Assembly (NCBI GenBank): GCA_049967475.1
Contig: JBMFSQ010000016.1
Span: 1 to 61,880, forward strand
DNA: 61,880 bases
Direction: 5' to 3'
Origin: Chthonomonadales bacterium
GTDB taxonomy: Bacteria; Armatimonadota; Chthonomonadetes; Chthonomonadales; CAJBBX01
A program made the translations under genes and the position numbers. Numbering within the stretch: the stretch's first letter is position 1; every line of letters starts with the position of its first letter. The notes beneath the pieces were generated by a model, which worked only from the letters and a program-made list of their open reading frames with translations, was not told the DNA's origin and ran no database searches. Positions 42,589 through 51,595 of the stretch are shown here, in pieces.

Positions 42589-45500
42589 TCATGCCGGGCA
42601 CGCGAAGTAGAAGGGACAGAGGGGGCACCGGGTAGAGTTGGTAGGATGAGCTTCGTACGAGGCTTCGCGGATGCCGGCCAATGCTTTGCGATATCGTTCG
42701 ATGTGGAACGGTTCTCCTTGCGGTGGTTCGGGGATCTCCGCTGCGGTACCGCTGTACAAATCCCTCTCCACAAGGCGGATGGATGCGCCGCTCAATGTGT
42801 CCCGTGCAGCTTTGCGCAACAACGCATATCGGGCCGGCGGGCGCACCTTCGTCTTGCCCAAACGGATGCTCCATCGCTCCACGGTAGCGCAACCGTCCTT
42901 CTGCTCAACGTGGTCCGCCAATATCCGCACGGTACACCCGTCCAGCTCTGTCTTGAAGGTGATGGGGCGGGCCTGGATCTGCGCAGCGTTGAGGGTCATG
43001 GTGATGGCCCGCCGCCGAAGGCGCTCTGCAGCAGGGTGGTTATCGAGGCCCGAGGCATTCCAAGCCTCTTGGAAGATGGGTTCGATGGCCTCGGCTGTTC
43101 TCTGATCGGTCGCCACCGTCGAATACACCCGTTCAAGAGCGCGGTAGACGCAATCCCGCACTCTGGAGGCGATGCTGGGATGCACCATGGCGTATCCTCC
43201 CACCAGCCGCTGGTAATAGAAGCGCCTGGGGCAATCCAGATACGTCTCCAGCTCGTGGAACGCGATCTCTTCGGTAACGGGCGAGATTTCTACCGCCCGG
43301 GTCGCCGGGCCGGTCTCTAGGTGGGGGCTCGGTTCGGCACGCCAAAGTACGTGCTGCGCCAGATGCTTGAAGCCCGGCAAACTGCGGGCCAGCAGCGGTG
43401 AAACGGCTCGACCCTTGCTGCGTATCGTTCGAGGACAGCACAGGAACAGGTGGTCCCGGGCGCGAGACGCAGCCACAAAGAAAAGGCGGGCCTCTTCATT
43501 GTGGAACGACGGACCTCCAGGGCCGGCGAGTTCCACTCCTGGGAGCACCGGCTTACTGTTTCGGGGCTTCACGGGAAACAGGTCCGCGGCGAGGTTCGCG
43601 ACGTACACACATTGGAACTCGGTGCCTTTGGCTGCATGGACGGTGAGGATGCGCACGGCCTCAAAGCTTTCGGCGACACAGGGAGTGCGCGCCCGTACGT
43701 CTTCACCGGTGGCAGCCAACCTCCGCAGATGTGCCAGGAATGCCCCGGGCGCCGCGGCCCCGCGCCGGTACACCTCGTTTGCCGCAAGCGTTAGGAGCTG
43801 GTAGATCCCCATGCGTCTTTGGCGAGCGCCGGCCGAGCTATCCTCGATCAACCCATCCAAATACCTCGAGATCTGAAAAAGATACCGGTTGAGGAGATCG
43901 TAGGCGTCATGGCAGGAAGCAAGCATCATGAGGTGCGCTCCCAGCGTTCGAGCGCCTTCACTGCCCGACGCTGCAAGCGCTTCGACCACCGGCGTCCCTT
44001 GAGCTATCCGAACGAATATCGGCTGGAGTTCTGCCCGTGGGATGTGGTACTCCGGAAAAGAGGCAACGCGAAGCAGTCCTATACAATCCTGCTCCGCCGC
44101 CAGGGCCATGAGACAAAGCAGGTCGCGTATCTCGTTCCGGTTGAGGAGGTTGCCCAGGTAGAAAATGGGGATCCCCCGATCCGCCAGCCGCTGTGCCAAG
44201 TCATCAGCTTGGGCGTTGGTGCGGCACAAAACGGCCTGTTGTTGATAGGGGATGCCCTGCTCGTGGAAGGCCCGTATGGCACCCGCGATGCCGTCAGCCT
44301 GGGCGTCTTCATCATCGGCCACGGCTACCACAACGGTTGCTTCTCCGGGGCGCTTCGCCGACCATGAACCTTGGTGAATGCCCTCCATGGAGGCGCTCAA
44401 ACCGTTGAACATCTGCACGAGGCGGGGCAGCGACCGGTAATTCACCCCAAGCTCTTTGATTTCCGCTCCTTCGTAAACCTCCCTAAAGCTTCGGATGTGG
44501 TCTTCCGAGGCGCCGCGGAAGGCATAGATGGCTTGCCTCAGGTCCCCTACCGCCCACAGGCCTCTTCCCTGCCCTGCGATGAGGCGCACGAGTTCTGCGC
44601 TTGCCCGGTTGATGTCCTGATACTCATCTACCAGAATGTGGCGGTATTCATTCCGGAGCGAAGCCCGCACCTGGGGGTGGCTGCGCAGGAGTTGCACAGG
44701 GCGGTAAATCAAGTCACCAAAATCCACCACATGTTCTTCATCGAGGATGCGCTGCCATTGGGCGTAGGCGGCGACAATGGCCTGAACGCGGTCGGCATCC
44801 TCTTGGCCCTCCAGGTTCGTGGCGATGTTCCTTAGGTCTTCGGGTGCGATGACCTCGTCCTTGGCGCGGTAGATGGCGCGCAGAAGGTCGGCGGCGGCGG
44901 CAAACGGATTGGCCAAATCGAAGAAATCATCCACTGCCAGGCGGCCGAGGTGGCGTTCCATGAGGGCCACGGCGTCCACAGGATCCAGCACGCGGAAGGT
45001 TGGCGGAACCCCAATCACCTTTCCGAAGCGACGAAGGATCTCCAGCCCGAAGGCGTGAAAGGTGCCGATCCACATGCGGTGGGCAGCATGAGGAGCTACT
45101 TCGGCCAGGCGCCGGCGCATCTCATCGGCTGCGCGGTTTGAAAAGGTGAGCGCCAAGATGCCTTCCGGCGGAGCCCCGTTCTGGATCAGATAGAGCGCCC
45201 GCGCTACCAGGGTCCTCGTTTTGCCTGTTCCAGGGCCTGCGGACACGAGCACAGGACGGTCGAGAGCGGTTGCAGCGGCATATTGCCACGCATCCAGACC
45301 ATCCAAGGGGGATTGCAGCGAATGAGCCCCCTCTGTCTCGCGATGCGGTGCGGGCTGGTGGGGCGTGTCTATCAGGAGGGCGTAGGCATATTGGGAATGG
45401 AGAACGCTCTGAGGGATGCCGAGGCGGTCGGCAACTTCGCCAATACTTACATGCTGCTGCTGCAGAGTGCGCACCAGAGGACAGGGCAGGAGCAGTTCCG

Positions 45501-45942
45501 CGGCGAAGGTGTTGGCATCTACCTCCTTGCGCTGGGCGGGACTATATCCTGTGATGTATGCCTCCCCATAGGGCGGCGGCACCTCAGCGGCTTCAGAGGC
45601 GATGGTGCAGGGAGCCGAAAGGGGCTCGGTGGGGTGCAGGACGCAGTGCGCGAGTTCATGGGCAACATCGAAGCGGCTGGCCTCCGGTGATCGCACTGCG
45701 CTGCACCAGATCGCCTGGACGTCCCGGTCCAGCACGGCTACCGCGCCGGCGAGAAGGGGATCCTTGGGGTCGAGGGTGGTAACCGTGAGCCCGCAGTGAC
45801 GCACTCCCGCGGAGATGACTTCATCGGCTGAGAACAGCGTGTACAGGGGATCCGGCGTGCCGGCTGAAGTTCCTTGCAGGATCGTGCGCCGAAATTCCCA
45901 TGCAAGCTGCCTCACCGACGTGGTTGCAGTCAATCGGTCCAT
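42589..45942 (-). CDS. ImmA/IrrE metallopeptidase - UvrD/SF1A helicase - Fe-S PD-(D/E)XK-like fusion protein
   Basis: RFDVAHELAH (HExxH) and EVDANTFAAELLLP; AGPGTGKT, TFHAFG, VDEYQD, GDLRQAIYAFRGA, NYRS, TVHAAKGTEF, EEARLFFVAASRA; C-terminal CPRRFYY...CPLCPFYFAC. Confidence 0.88.
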   Translation of the reverse strand: MDRLTATTSVRQLAWEFRRTILQGTSAGTPDPLYTLFSADEVISAGVRHCGLTVTTLDPKDPLLAGAVAVLDRDVQAIWCSAVRSPEASRFDVAHELAHCVLHPTEPLSAPCTIASEAAEVPPPYGEAYITGYSPAQRKEVDANTFAAELLLPCPLVRTLQQQHVSIGEVADRLGIPQSVLHSQYAYALLIDTPHQPAPHRETEGAHSLQSPLDGLDAWQYAAATALDRPVLVSAGPGTGKTRTLVARALYLIQNGAPPEGILALTFSNRAADEMRRRLAEVAPHAAHRMWIGTFHAFGLEILRRFGKVIGVPPTFRVLDPVDAVALMERHLGRLAVDDFFDLANPFAAAADLLRAIYRAKDEVIAPEDLRNIATNLEGQEDADRVQAIVAAYAQWQRILDEEHVVDFGDLIYRPVQLLRSHPQVRASLRNEYRHILVDEYQDINRASAELVRLIAGQGRGLWAVGDLRQAIYAFRGASEDHIRSFREVYEGAEIKELGVNYRSLPRLVQMFNGLSASMEGIHQGSWSAKRPGEATVVVAVADDEDAQADGIAGAIRAFHEQGIPYQQQAVLCRTNAQADDLAQRLADRGIPIFYLGNLLNRNEIRDLLCLMALAAEQDCIGLLRVASFPEYHIPRAELQPIFVRIAQGTPVVEALAASGSEGARTLGAHLMMLASCHDAYDLLNRYLFQISRYLDGLIEDSSAGARQRRMGIYQLLTLAANEVYRRGAAAPGAFLAHLRRLAATGEDVRARTPCVAESFEAVRILTVHAAKGTEFQCVYVANLAADLFPVKPRNSKPVLPGVELAGPGGPSFHNEEARLFFVAASRARDHLFLCCPRTIRSKGRAVSPLLARSLPGFKHLAQHVLWRAEPSPHLETGPATRAVEISPVTEEIAFHELETYLDCPRRFYYQRLVGGYAMVHPSIASRVRDCVYRALERVYSTVATDQRTAEAIEPIFQEAWNASGLDNHPAAERLRRRAITMTLNAAQIQARPITFKTELDGCTVRILADHVEQKDGCATVERWSIRLGKTKVRPPARYALLRKAARDTLSGASIRLVERDLYSGTAAEIPEPPQGEPFHIERYRKALAGIREASYEAHPTNSTRCPLCPFYFACPA

Positions 45943-45958
45943 CGCAAGGTGCCGGGGT

Positions 45959-46654
45959 TCACGCAGGAGGAAGCCACTGGGCTTTCTGCTCCTTTGTCAT
46001 ATCCCTCGCCGAGCGAACGGCCTTCTCGAAAGGTTCCTGCACGCTCCAATGTTGCTGCCGCGCCGTGTAAGCCTCAGCCCGTTCGAAGTGGAGAGCCCAG
46101 CTCTCCAGGAGCCGGTATTCCTGCGCAGGTTCCCATACTCTCGGCTCATCGAAGGCACGGTAGCTCGAGTTCCGCGCCGGCCCCGGAGGCAGTTGCAGGT
46201 ATTCGAGGATCCATTCGACGGGCTCCCTCAGGAGCACTGCCAGGCGATCTACGAGGGCCCGCGGCACCGTGTCCGGCCGGATGAGCCGCCGGTCCAGCTT
46301 AGCGAGGACGGAGCGCCCGATGCCCAATCTGGCGGCGAGGTCTGCTGCAGTGATGCGCAGGTCATGCGCCCGCTGCAGCAGACCTGCGAGGCCGCCACCA
46401 AAAGGGTGCAAGCGCACCTCCTGGAGCGCTCGTTGAGCCGCTTCGAGGAGACCCGCCTCCACTTCGGGATCTACCGGCAATTCCTGCGCAGCTTCGAATG
46501 CCTGGGAGAAGGCGCAGTATTCCATGATCTCGTCGCGATATTGAGGGTACTGGGTGAGCCATTTCTTCAAGTTGGGGCAGCCTTCATCTTGTATCTCCTT
46601 TTCGCACTGGGCAAGTATCTCATCCAATTCGGCGGGGTCTCGACCTGTACTCAT
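45959..46654 (-). CDS. putative anti-sigma / XRE-like HTH protein
   Basis: N-terminal helical LKKWLTQYPQYRDEI; HTH-like ITAADLAARLGIGRSVLAKLDRR; ATGA overlap with the sigma gene. Confidence 0.65.
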   Translation of the reverse strand: MSTGRDPAELDEILAQCEKEIQDEGCPNLKKWLTQYPQYRDEIMEYCAFSQAFEAAQELPVDPEVEAGLLEAAQRALQEVRLHPFGGGLAGLLQRAHDLRITAADLAARLGIGRSVLAKLDRRLIRPDTVPRALVDRLAVLLREPVEWILEYLQLPPGPARNSSYRAFDEPRVWEPAQEYRLLESWALHFERAEAYTARQQHWSVQEPFEKAVRSARDMTKEQKAQWLPPA

Positions 46655-47382
46655 GGCGAAAGCCCTTCGTCGTCGGCTAATTCGCGCAACCGTGCAAGCC
46701 CGCGCTTGAGGCGGTTGCGCACCGTGCGCTCCGAACATCCTTGCATCTCTGCGATCTCCTTCTCTGTATACTCACAAATCACGTGGAGATACACCACGAT
46801 CTCTTCCTGCGGAGGCAGGCGGCGCAGCAACTCGACGATCCACTCGGCAAGCAATGGGTCGAGCCCGTTGTCTCCCATGATATCTTCGATGGCGTCCTTG
46901 CCAGGACCCGTTCGGCGCGTGCTCTGTATGTACGCGCGGAGACGCTCCTGCAGCCGGCGCTTAAGGCAGTAGTTGAAATGGACTTCCCAGAACGCGTTGC
47001 GGGGTTCAGTGCTGACGATCGCGGCAAGTGCATCCACCAGCGCGTCATGCACGAGATCTTCCCGGTCTTCGGCATTGGAACCGAAAACCCCGGCGAAGAA
47101 GCGCACCACGCGGGGGGCGATCCTGGCGTTGATGGTCTCGAGGATGCTATCTGCATCCTTCTCCATCCCGGCGCGGCGAAAATGGCGCACGAAGTAGACC
47201 AGGGTTTCCGTGTGCACTGGGCCGCCAGGTTGGCACAGGATCCGCACGAGCTGGCGCTTTGAGACGCTGTGCAGCTCCTTGATCTCTTCGACCACTTCCT
47301 GTCGCCGCTCATAGCGGGGCAACGGCTCGGGCGTCCAATCGCTCTTGTTACCATTTGCGTCATCGAAGGTGTTTTGGGTCAT
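46651..47382 (-). CDS. ECF-type sigma-70 family RNA polymerase sigma factor
   Basis: Region-2-like DREDLVHDAL; region 4 LRRLPPQEEIVVYLHVICEYTEKEIAEMQGCSERTVRNRLKRGLARLR. Confidence 0.85.
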   Translation of the reverse strand: MTQNTFDDANGNKSDWTPEPLPRYERRQEVVEEIKELHSVSKRQLVRILCQPGGPVHTETLVYFVRHFRRAGMEKDADSILETINARIAPRVVRFFAGVFGSNAEDREDLVHDALVDALAAIVSTEPRNAFWEVHFNYCLKRRLQERLRAYIQSTRRTGPGKDAIEDIMGDNGLDPLLAEWIVELLRRLPPQEEIVVYLHVICEYTEKEIAEMQGCSERTVRNRLKRGLARLRELADDEGLSP

Positions 47383-47446
47383 GCCCTGTAGACTCACTCT
47401 GTCCCTGTGGTGCAAAACCGGAAACCGATTCTTGCGCCGTCAAAGT

Positions 47447-48442
47447 CTAGTGCGTAGCTCCCTGGCTGTTGGGCAGGGGCCGACGGTGGCCCAAATGTTG
47501 TAGAAAGAATGCCCGGGCATCTACCAGGAGCGCCTTAAGAGGAAGGACGTGCCCGCTGTCATACCAGATGATCGTTTTAGGGTTGCGAGCGGCATTGTAG
47601 AGAGCCTCTGTGGCAAACTTCGGGATCAGCTCGTCCTTCCGTGCCGAGAGGATCAGCAATGGGCGGGGTGCGAAGTTGCCTATGAAGTTCACGGGATCTA
47701 TAATCGCTGCCGTCACTTCTATCGCGCGTGAATTGAGTCTTGTATAATACCCTAAAGCCTTCGCCCATGCAACAAATCCTCCGCCCGGTATTGCTAGACA
47801 TGCGCAGGAGATCCTCGGTTCCACTCCAATGAAAACGCCTCCGAGAATGCCTCCTTGGCTGAAACCCAGGTACCCGATGTGGGCGGCATCTATGTCTGGG
47901 CGTGACTGCAGATAATCCACGGCACGCCGAAGGTCAATCACCGTTTGCACCCATGCATCTCGAACGGTAGGCGAAGCCATATCATGAACGTCATCAGAGC
48001 GGTTAGGCCGCGCACGCTCGCCGTGATATTGCGCGTCTATGGAAAGAGTGGCATAGCCAAGCGTGGACATCATCTCGGCGGCGAAGCGCACGTAGTCGCT
48101 GTCCTTGTGACCGCCCGATCCGGCAAGGAGGATCACAGCCGGATAGGGAGGTGCGAACTTGCGAGGCAGCGTAAAGATGGCGGTGACGCGCTGGTCGTGC
48201 GCGCTATCGTAAACTAAGTGCCAGCGCGTACGAAGGGCTGCTTCGGCGCTGTTTGCATCGGGCAGTTGCTTCAACTCTGCATTGAGCGGCAGGGCGCGGT
48301 CATAGTCGTAAAACGCGCGGCGCAGGTCGTCAACAGTGACCGGATGTTGATCCTCGGGGACGAGGGCAGTAGCCGTGGTTCCCCAACTATGGGCAAGCAG
48401 CAGGAGCGCTGCAATAGCGAATGTTCTGTATTTCGGGCACAT
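47447..48442 (-). CDS. exported alpha/beta hydrolase (acetylxylan esterase/dienelactone hydrolase-like)
   Basis: Signal peptide, DLRRAVDYL, GFSQGG, catalytic D (KDELIP) and H (SGH). Confidence 0.85.
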   Translation of the reverse strand: MCPKYRTFAIAALLLLAHSWGTTATALVPEDQHPVTVDDLRRAFYDYDRALPLNAELKQLPDANSAEAALRTRWHLVYDSAHDQRVTAIFTLPRKFAPPYPAVILLAGSGGHKDSDYVRFAAEMMSTLGYATLSIDAQYHGERARPNRSDDVHDMASPTVRDAWVQTVIDLRRAVDYLQSRPDIDAAHIGYLGFSQGGILGGVFIGVEPRISCACLAIPGGGFVAWAKALGYYTRLNSRAIEVTAAIIDPVNFIGNFAPRPLLILSARKDELIPKFATEALYNAARNPKTIIWYDSGHVLPLKALLVDARAFFLQHLGHRRPLPNSQGATH

Positions 48443-48573
48443 TGAAGCCTTGAAACCTCCGGAGGTACATTAACTAGAGCGCCGGCCTGCTCACCCCATA
48501 ATCCAAGAGGCACGCGCCGTGCGCTCCTCGCCGCATAAAACCCGGGGCCATCCCCGGAAAGGAGTTTTCGAAT

Positions 48574-48783
48574 ATGGCAGATGTCACCATCAAGGTTCGC
48601 GAGAACGGCCCATACCAAATCATCGGCCGGGTGAAGCTCGTAGATGCCGACGGCAACGAGATCCCCATTCCCGATCCTGACAAGGTATTTCTTTGCCGAT
48701 GCGGTGGATCCTCCTCTAAGCCCTTCTGTGACGGCACCCACAAAACCACGGGCTGGCTGCAGAAGCTCCAAGAGCACGGATAA
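48574..48783 (+). CDS. CDGSH iron-sulfur domain protein
   Basis: NGPY, LCRCGGSSSKPFCDGTH. Confidence 0.95.
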   Translation: MADVTIKVRENGPYQIIGRVKLVDADGNEIPIPDPDKVFLCRCGGSSSKPFCDGTHKTTGWLQKLQEHG

Positions 48784-48852
48784 ACTGCAAGAGCCTCACC
48801 CTCACAGGTTCCTGAGTTTTGCGCGCCATCCCTCGCACGCGGGCTCACCGCA

Positions 48853-50523
48853 TCATGGCGCCACCACGATCAGGAAGGCGCCAAAATCTGCGCCCGTATG
48901 GTGCAGCAGGTGGTGCATGTGGGGTGCGGAACCGATGAGGGGATCGTAGGCTGTGGAACGCATCGGGAGTACGATGCGCCATTCGCCGTCCACCTTGCGC
49001 CATTGGGCATCGGCAGGTCCTTTGCTGAGAGCCTGGACGTCCCAAACCTGGACGCGTGCCCCAGGCGTAACCATCGGTAGATGGATGGCTACCGTGTCCG
49101 TTGCCGCCGGGTTCCACACTGCCACGTGGTATCGGGAAGGTTCGTAGCGGTTGCGATAGACCCGATAGATCGGAGCGGCGGGTCCATTCTCCGGGGACCG
49201 TTTCAGCGCAACAGGGGAAGCGTGAAGGAATGCCGTGAGGTCGCTCTGAAGGTAAAGCGTGGCACCCCCCTCACCCTGTGCCCATGCGAAGGCATTGGCA
49301 CTCTTGGGGAACCACAGGGTGTTGTGGTTTACAGTGTATTCGGCAGATTGAGCGGACCTGATGAAGAGGGCGCCGTCGCCCATGCCGTACACTTGGTTAT
49401 CTTCCAGGGTAAGCTTGTGTACGCGTTCGATCTGCACCACCCACGTTCCGCCTATCACCACGTTGTTCCTGATGGTGGCATCGGTTACCGGTACCGTATA
49501 CCCCACGCGAAGGCAGTGTTTCCCACCGGAGGCCGGGTCCCGGTAGGCCACATTGTTCTGCACCAGGACACCGCTCATGTTCTCCTTGTCGCTGCCGAGG
49601 AAGATCTGGTCTCCCCAGTTCATGAACGCGATGTTGTTGGTGACCTGGAAACCGTTCACATATCCGGTGGCGCCGTAGGCATGGATGCCCTCGCCGAAGT
49701 TGCCGAAGAAGATGTTGTTCTCCACGCGCACCGTTCCTTGATCGTTGTGCGCGTAGATGCCAGGTCCGCGGGGATGGCCTCCTACATCCCGGTAGTGCAG
49801 GTCGTCGTAGACGCCGTTGTGGTACACGATGCACCCATACACTTCAGCATCCGGTCCCTGGTTCCAGAAGCCGATGCCGGGCTGCCCTGTGTCATGGATC
49901 ATGCAGTTGATGGCACGTTTCCCGCGCTTATTGTCAAAGAGGAGATTGAGACCGCACAGGCGATCCGCCACAAGGCGCGAAGATGTCGAATTGGTGATCT
50001 CCAGTCCCCAAAACCAAACATAGGAACTGGGATCTGCCCAGATCCCTCCCTCTATTACGGAAGATTGAGGCGCGGGTGGAGTGAATGCGCCGCGTACGAT
50101 GATGGGTCGGTCTGCAGTGCCGTTGAGGCGACACTGGAAAATGCGCGTCCCCACGGGCCTGTAGCGTCCGGGCTCTACCCAGATGACGGTCCCCGGAGCA
50201 ATACCGCCGTCCGCCAGTGTGCGCTGCAGGTCTTCGGAAGTCTTTACGTGGATTGCCGGTGCAGAGGCCGCCCAGGCCAGGTCTGCGGGCCACGTGGGCG
50301 CCGGGAATTGCCCAGCCACAGGCGGGGAGCTATGCGCGGCTTTCCCTGCCAGCGCGGCGAAGCACGCAATGACGGGCAGGAGCCGGGCGGCACAACACAG
50401 CCTCGGGCGTATGAGGCGCCGCCCCCAGTGCTCCCGTACGTCTCGGCAAATTGGGCTGGGGTTTCCAACACCCGGTACGGCGCCGTCCCTACAGCGGACG
50501 GTTCCACTGCCTGCGGATTGCAC
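48853..50523 (-). CDS. right-handed parallel beta-helix repeat protein (pectin-lyase-like fold)
   Basis: GTADRPIIVR, repeated NNI/N.F.N stacks; true start probably downstream of 50523. Confidence 0.75.
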   Translation of the reverse strand: MQSAGSGTVRCRDGAVPGVGNPSPICRDVREHWGRRLIRPRLCCAARLLPVIACFAALAGKAAHSSPPVAGQFPAPTWPADLAWAASAPAIHVKTSEDLQRTLADGGIAPGTVIWVEPGRYRPVGTRIFQCRLNGTADRPIIVRGAFTPPAPQSSVIEGGIWADPSSYVWFWGLEITNSTSSRLVADRLCGLNLLFDNKRGKRAINCMIHDTGQPGIGFWNQGPDAEVYGCIVYHNGVYDDLHYRDVGGHPRGPGIYAHNDQGTVRVENNIFFGNFGEGIHAYGATGYVNGFQVTNNIAFMNWGDQIFLGSDKENMSGVLVQNNVAYRDPASGGKHCLRVGYTVPVTDATIRNNVVIGGTWVVQIERVHKLTLEDNQVYGMGDGALFIRSAQSAEYTVNHNTLWFPKSANAFAWAQGEGGATLYLQSDLTAFLHASPVALKRSPENGPAAPIYRVYRNRYEPSRYHVAVWNPAATDTVAIHLPMVTPGARVQVWDVQALSKGPADAQWRKVDGEWRIVLPMRSTAYDPLIGSAPHMHHLLHHTGADFGAFLIVVAP

Positions 50524-50611
50524 GATCTCCTCCTCGAACCTCCTATACCCAGCTCGGAGTCCCTATGGCAGATCCCGGTGAACGTCGGCGCCCCGCAGAG
50601 TCCTGCTTCCC

Positions 50612-51394
50612 TCAAAAGCCGAAGCCGAAGCCAAGGGTCATGTACCGGCTGTCCACTACGCCCGCAATGAAATCGAGTTCCACCACATGGCCGGCATAAT
50701 GCTGCTGGTAGGCCACGAGCGCCCCATAGTTGAGGCCGAAGCCATCCCACTCCGTCCACAGACGCACCGGAGAAGCAACTTGCACGCTCGTATTGATGAA
50801 CCCGTTGCGGAACCGACGCGACCCGATGCCGGCGCTCACGTAGACCGGGTGGAGGCTCTCTGTTGCCCGGTAGGTGACGACGCCGAAGAATGAGCGGCTG
50901 GTGTGGTCGTCACCGGGCAGGGTTGTTCCGGAGGATCCCCCGCCTCCTCCGATATCCTGGATGCCCGCCGACACCGCGTATCGGCTGTGAGACTGGGGGA
51001 TGAGTTCTGCCTGAATGTTGAAAGCCTGATCATAAACGCGGCTGAGGACAATATCCGACACGGCGACGTTGATTGGGCCGAAGGTATGCCCGAAGACACC
51101 CACGAGCTTATTGTTGGACTTGCCCCATGTAACGTTGGCACTCATGTTGTGGCTGATCGAGGCATACTGGATGCGGAATTGGTCATGCCCGAGCACATAG
51201 GCCACCGGTGTCGAAAAGGCCGTAGGGCCCGAGAGGGATGCGAACCCCTGGGCATCCAGCCCATATCCTCCGCATCCTAGCCCGGAGAGATTGCGGAATT
51301 GGGGAAAGCGGTCCCTCCCCGCGAGATCGGCTTGGGGGAACGCGTTGATGGGCAGGGCTGCCAGTAGAACCACACAGCAGATGATGGTGCGCAT
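50612..51394 (-). CDS. exported/outer-membrane beta-barrel-like protein (YjbH-like)
   Basis: GGAAGGAGGA RBS, signal peptide, amphipathic beta-strands, C-terminal Phe (GFGFGF). Confidence 0.6.
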   Translation of the reverse strand: MRTIICCVVLLAALPINAFPQADLAGRDRFPQFRNLSGLGCGGYGLDAQGFASLSGPTAFSTPVAYVLGHDQFRIQYASISHNMSANVTWGKSNNKLVGVFGHTFGPINVAVSDIVLSRVYDQAFNIQAELIPQSHSRYAVSAGIQDIGGGGGSSGTTLPGDDHTSRSFFGVVTYRATESLHPVYVSAGIGSRRFRNGFINTSVQVASPVRLWTEWDGFGLNYGALVAYQQHYAGHVVELDFIAGVVDSRYMTLGFGFGF

Positions 51395-51595
51395 AGATCC
51401 TCCTTCCATTCTTAATCACACGAACCGTGCAAACTGGTTTCGCCTGAGAGGCGCAGAAGCCGCCGTGATGCTTCGCATGCACGATCGTCGAGCCAGCCCT
51501 TGTGTACTTACCTGAGGATTTTACCGGTTTCCTCCGAGAATTGAGGCAGAGCCCCGGGCCGACGAGCCCGCCGGTACCCAAGGAGCGCAGAGCCT

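Noticed and set aside
42589..43275. Cas4 / CRISPR association
   Set aside because: The 4-Cys motif is shared with AddB-like domains, and there are no repeats-spacers or other cas genes in the window.
47410..47427. Shared GCAAAACCGG motif with 27811-27820 as a sigma-factor target site
   Set aside because: A single 10-mer match can arise by chance, and the spacing fits neither sigma54 (GG-N10-GC) nor a clear ECF bipartite promoter.
42192..47446. tRNA-anchored genomic island carrying the sigma/peptidase-helicase operon
   Set aside because: The operon lies on the 5' side of the tRNA, no integrase is present, and I saw no duplicated tRNA 3' end (att site) by eye.
49081..50670. Long antisense ORFs (for example 49081-50670, 7800-9182, 10123-11397, 45815-46972, 52405-53661)
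   Set aside because: These are shadow frames opposite well-supported genes, expected in high-GC DNA, and carry no motifs.
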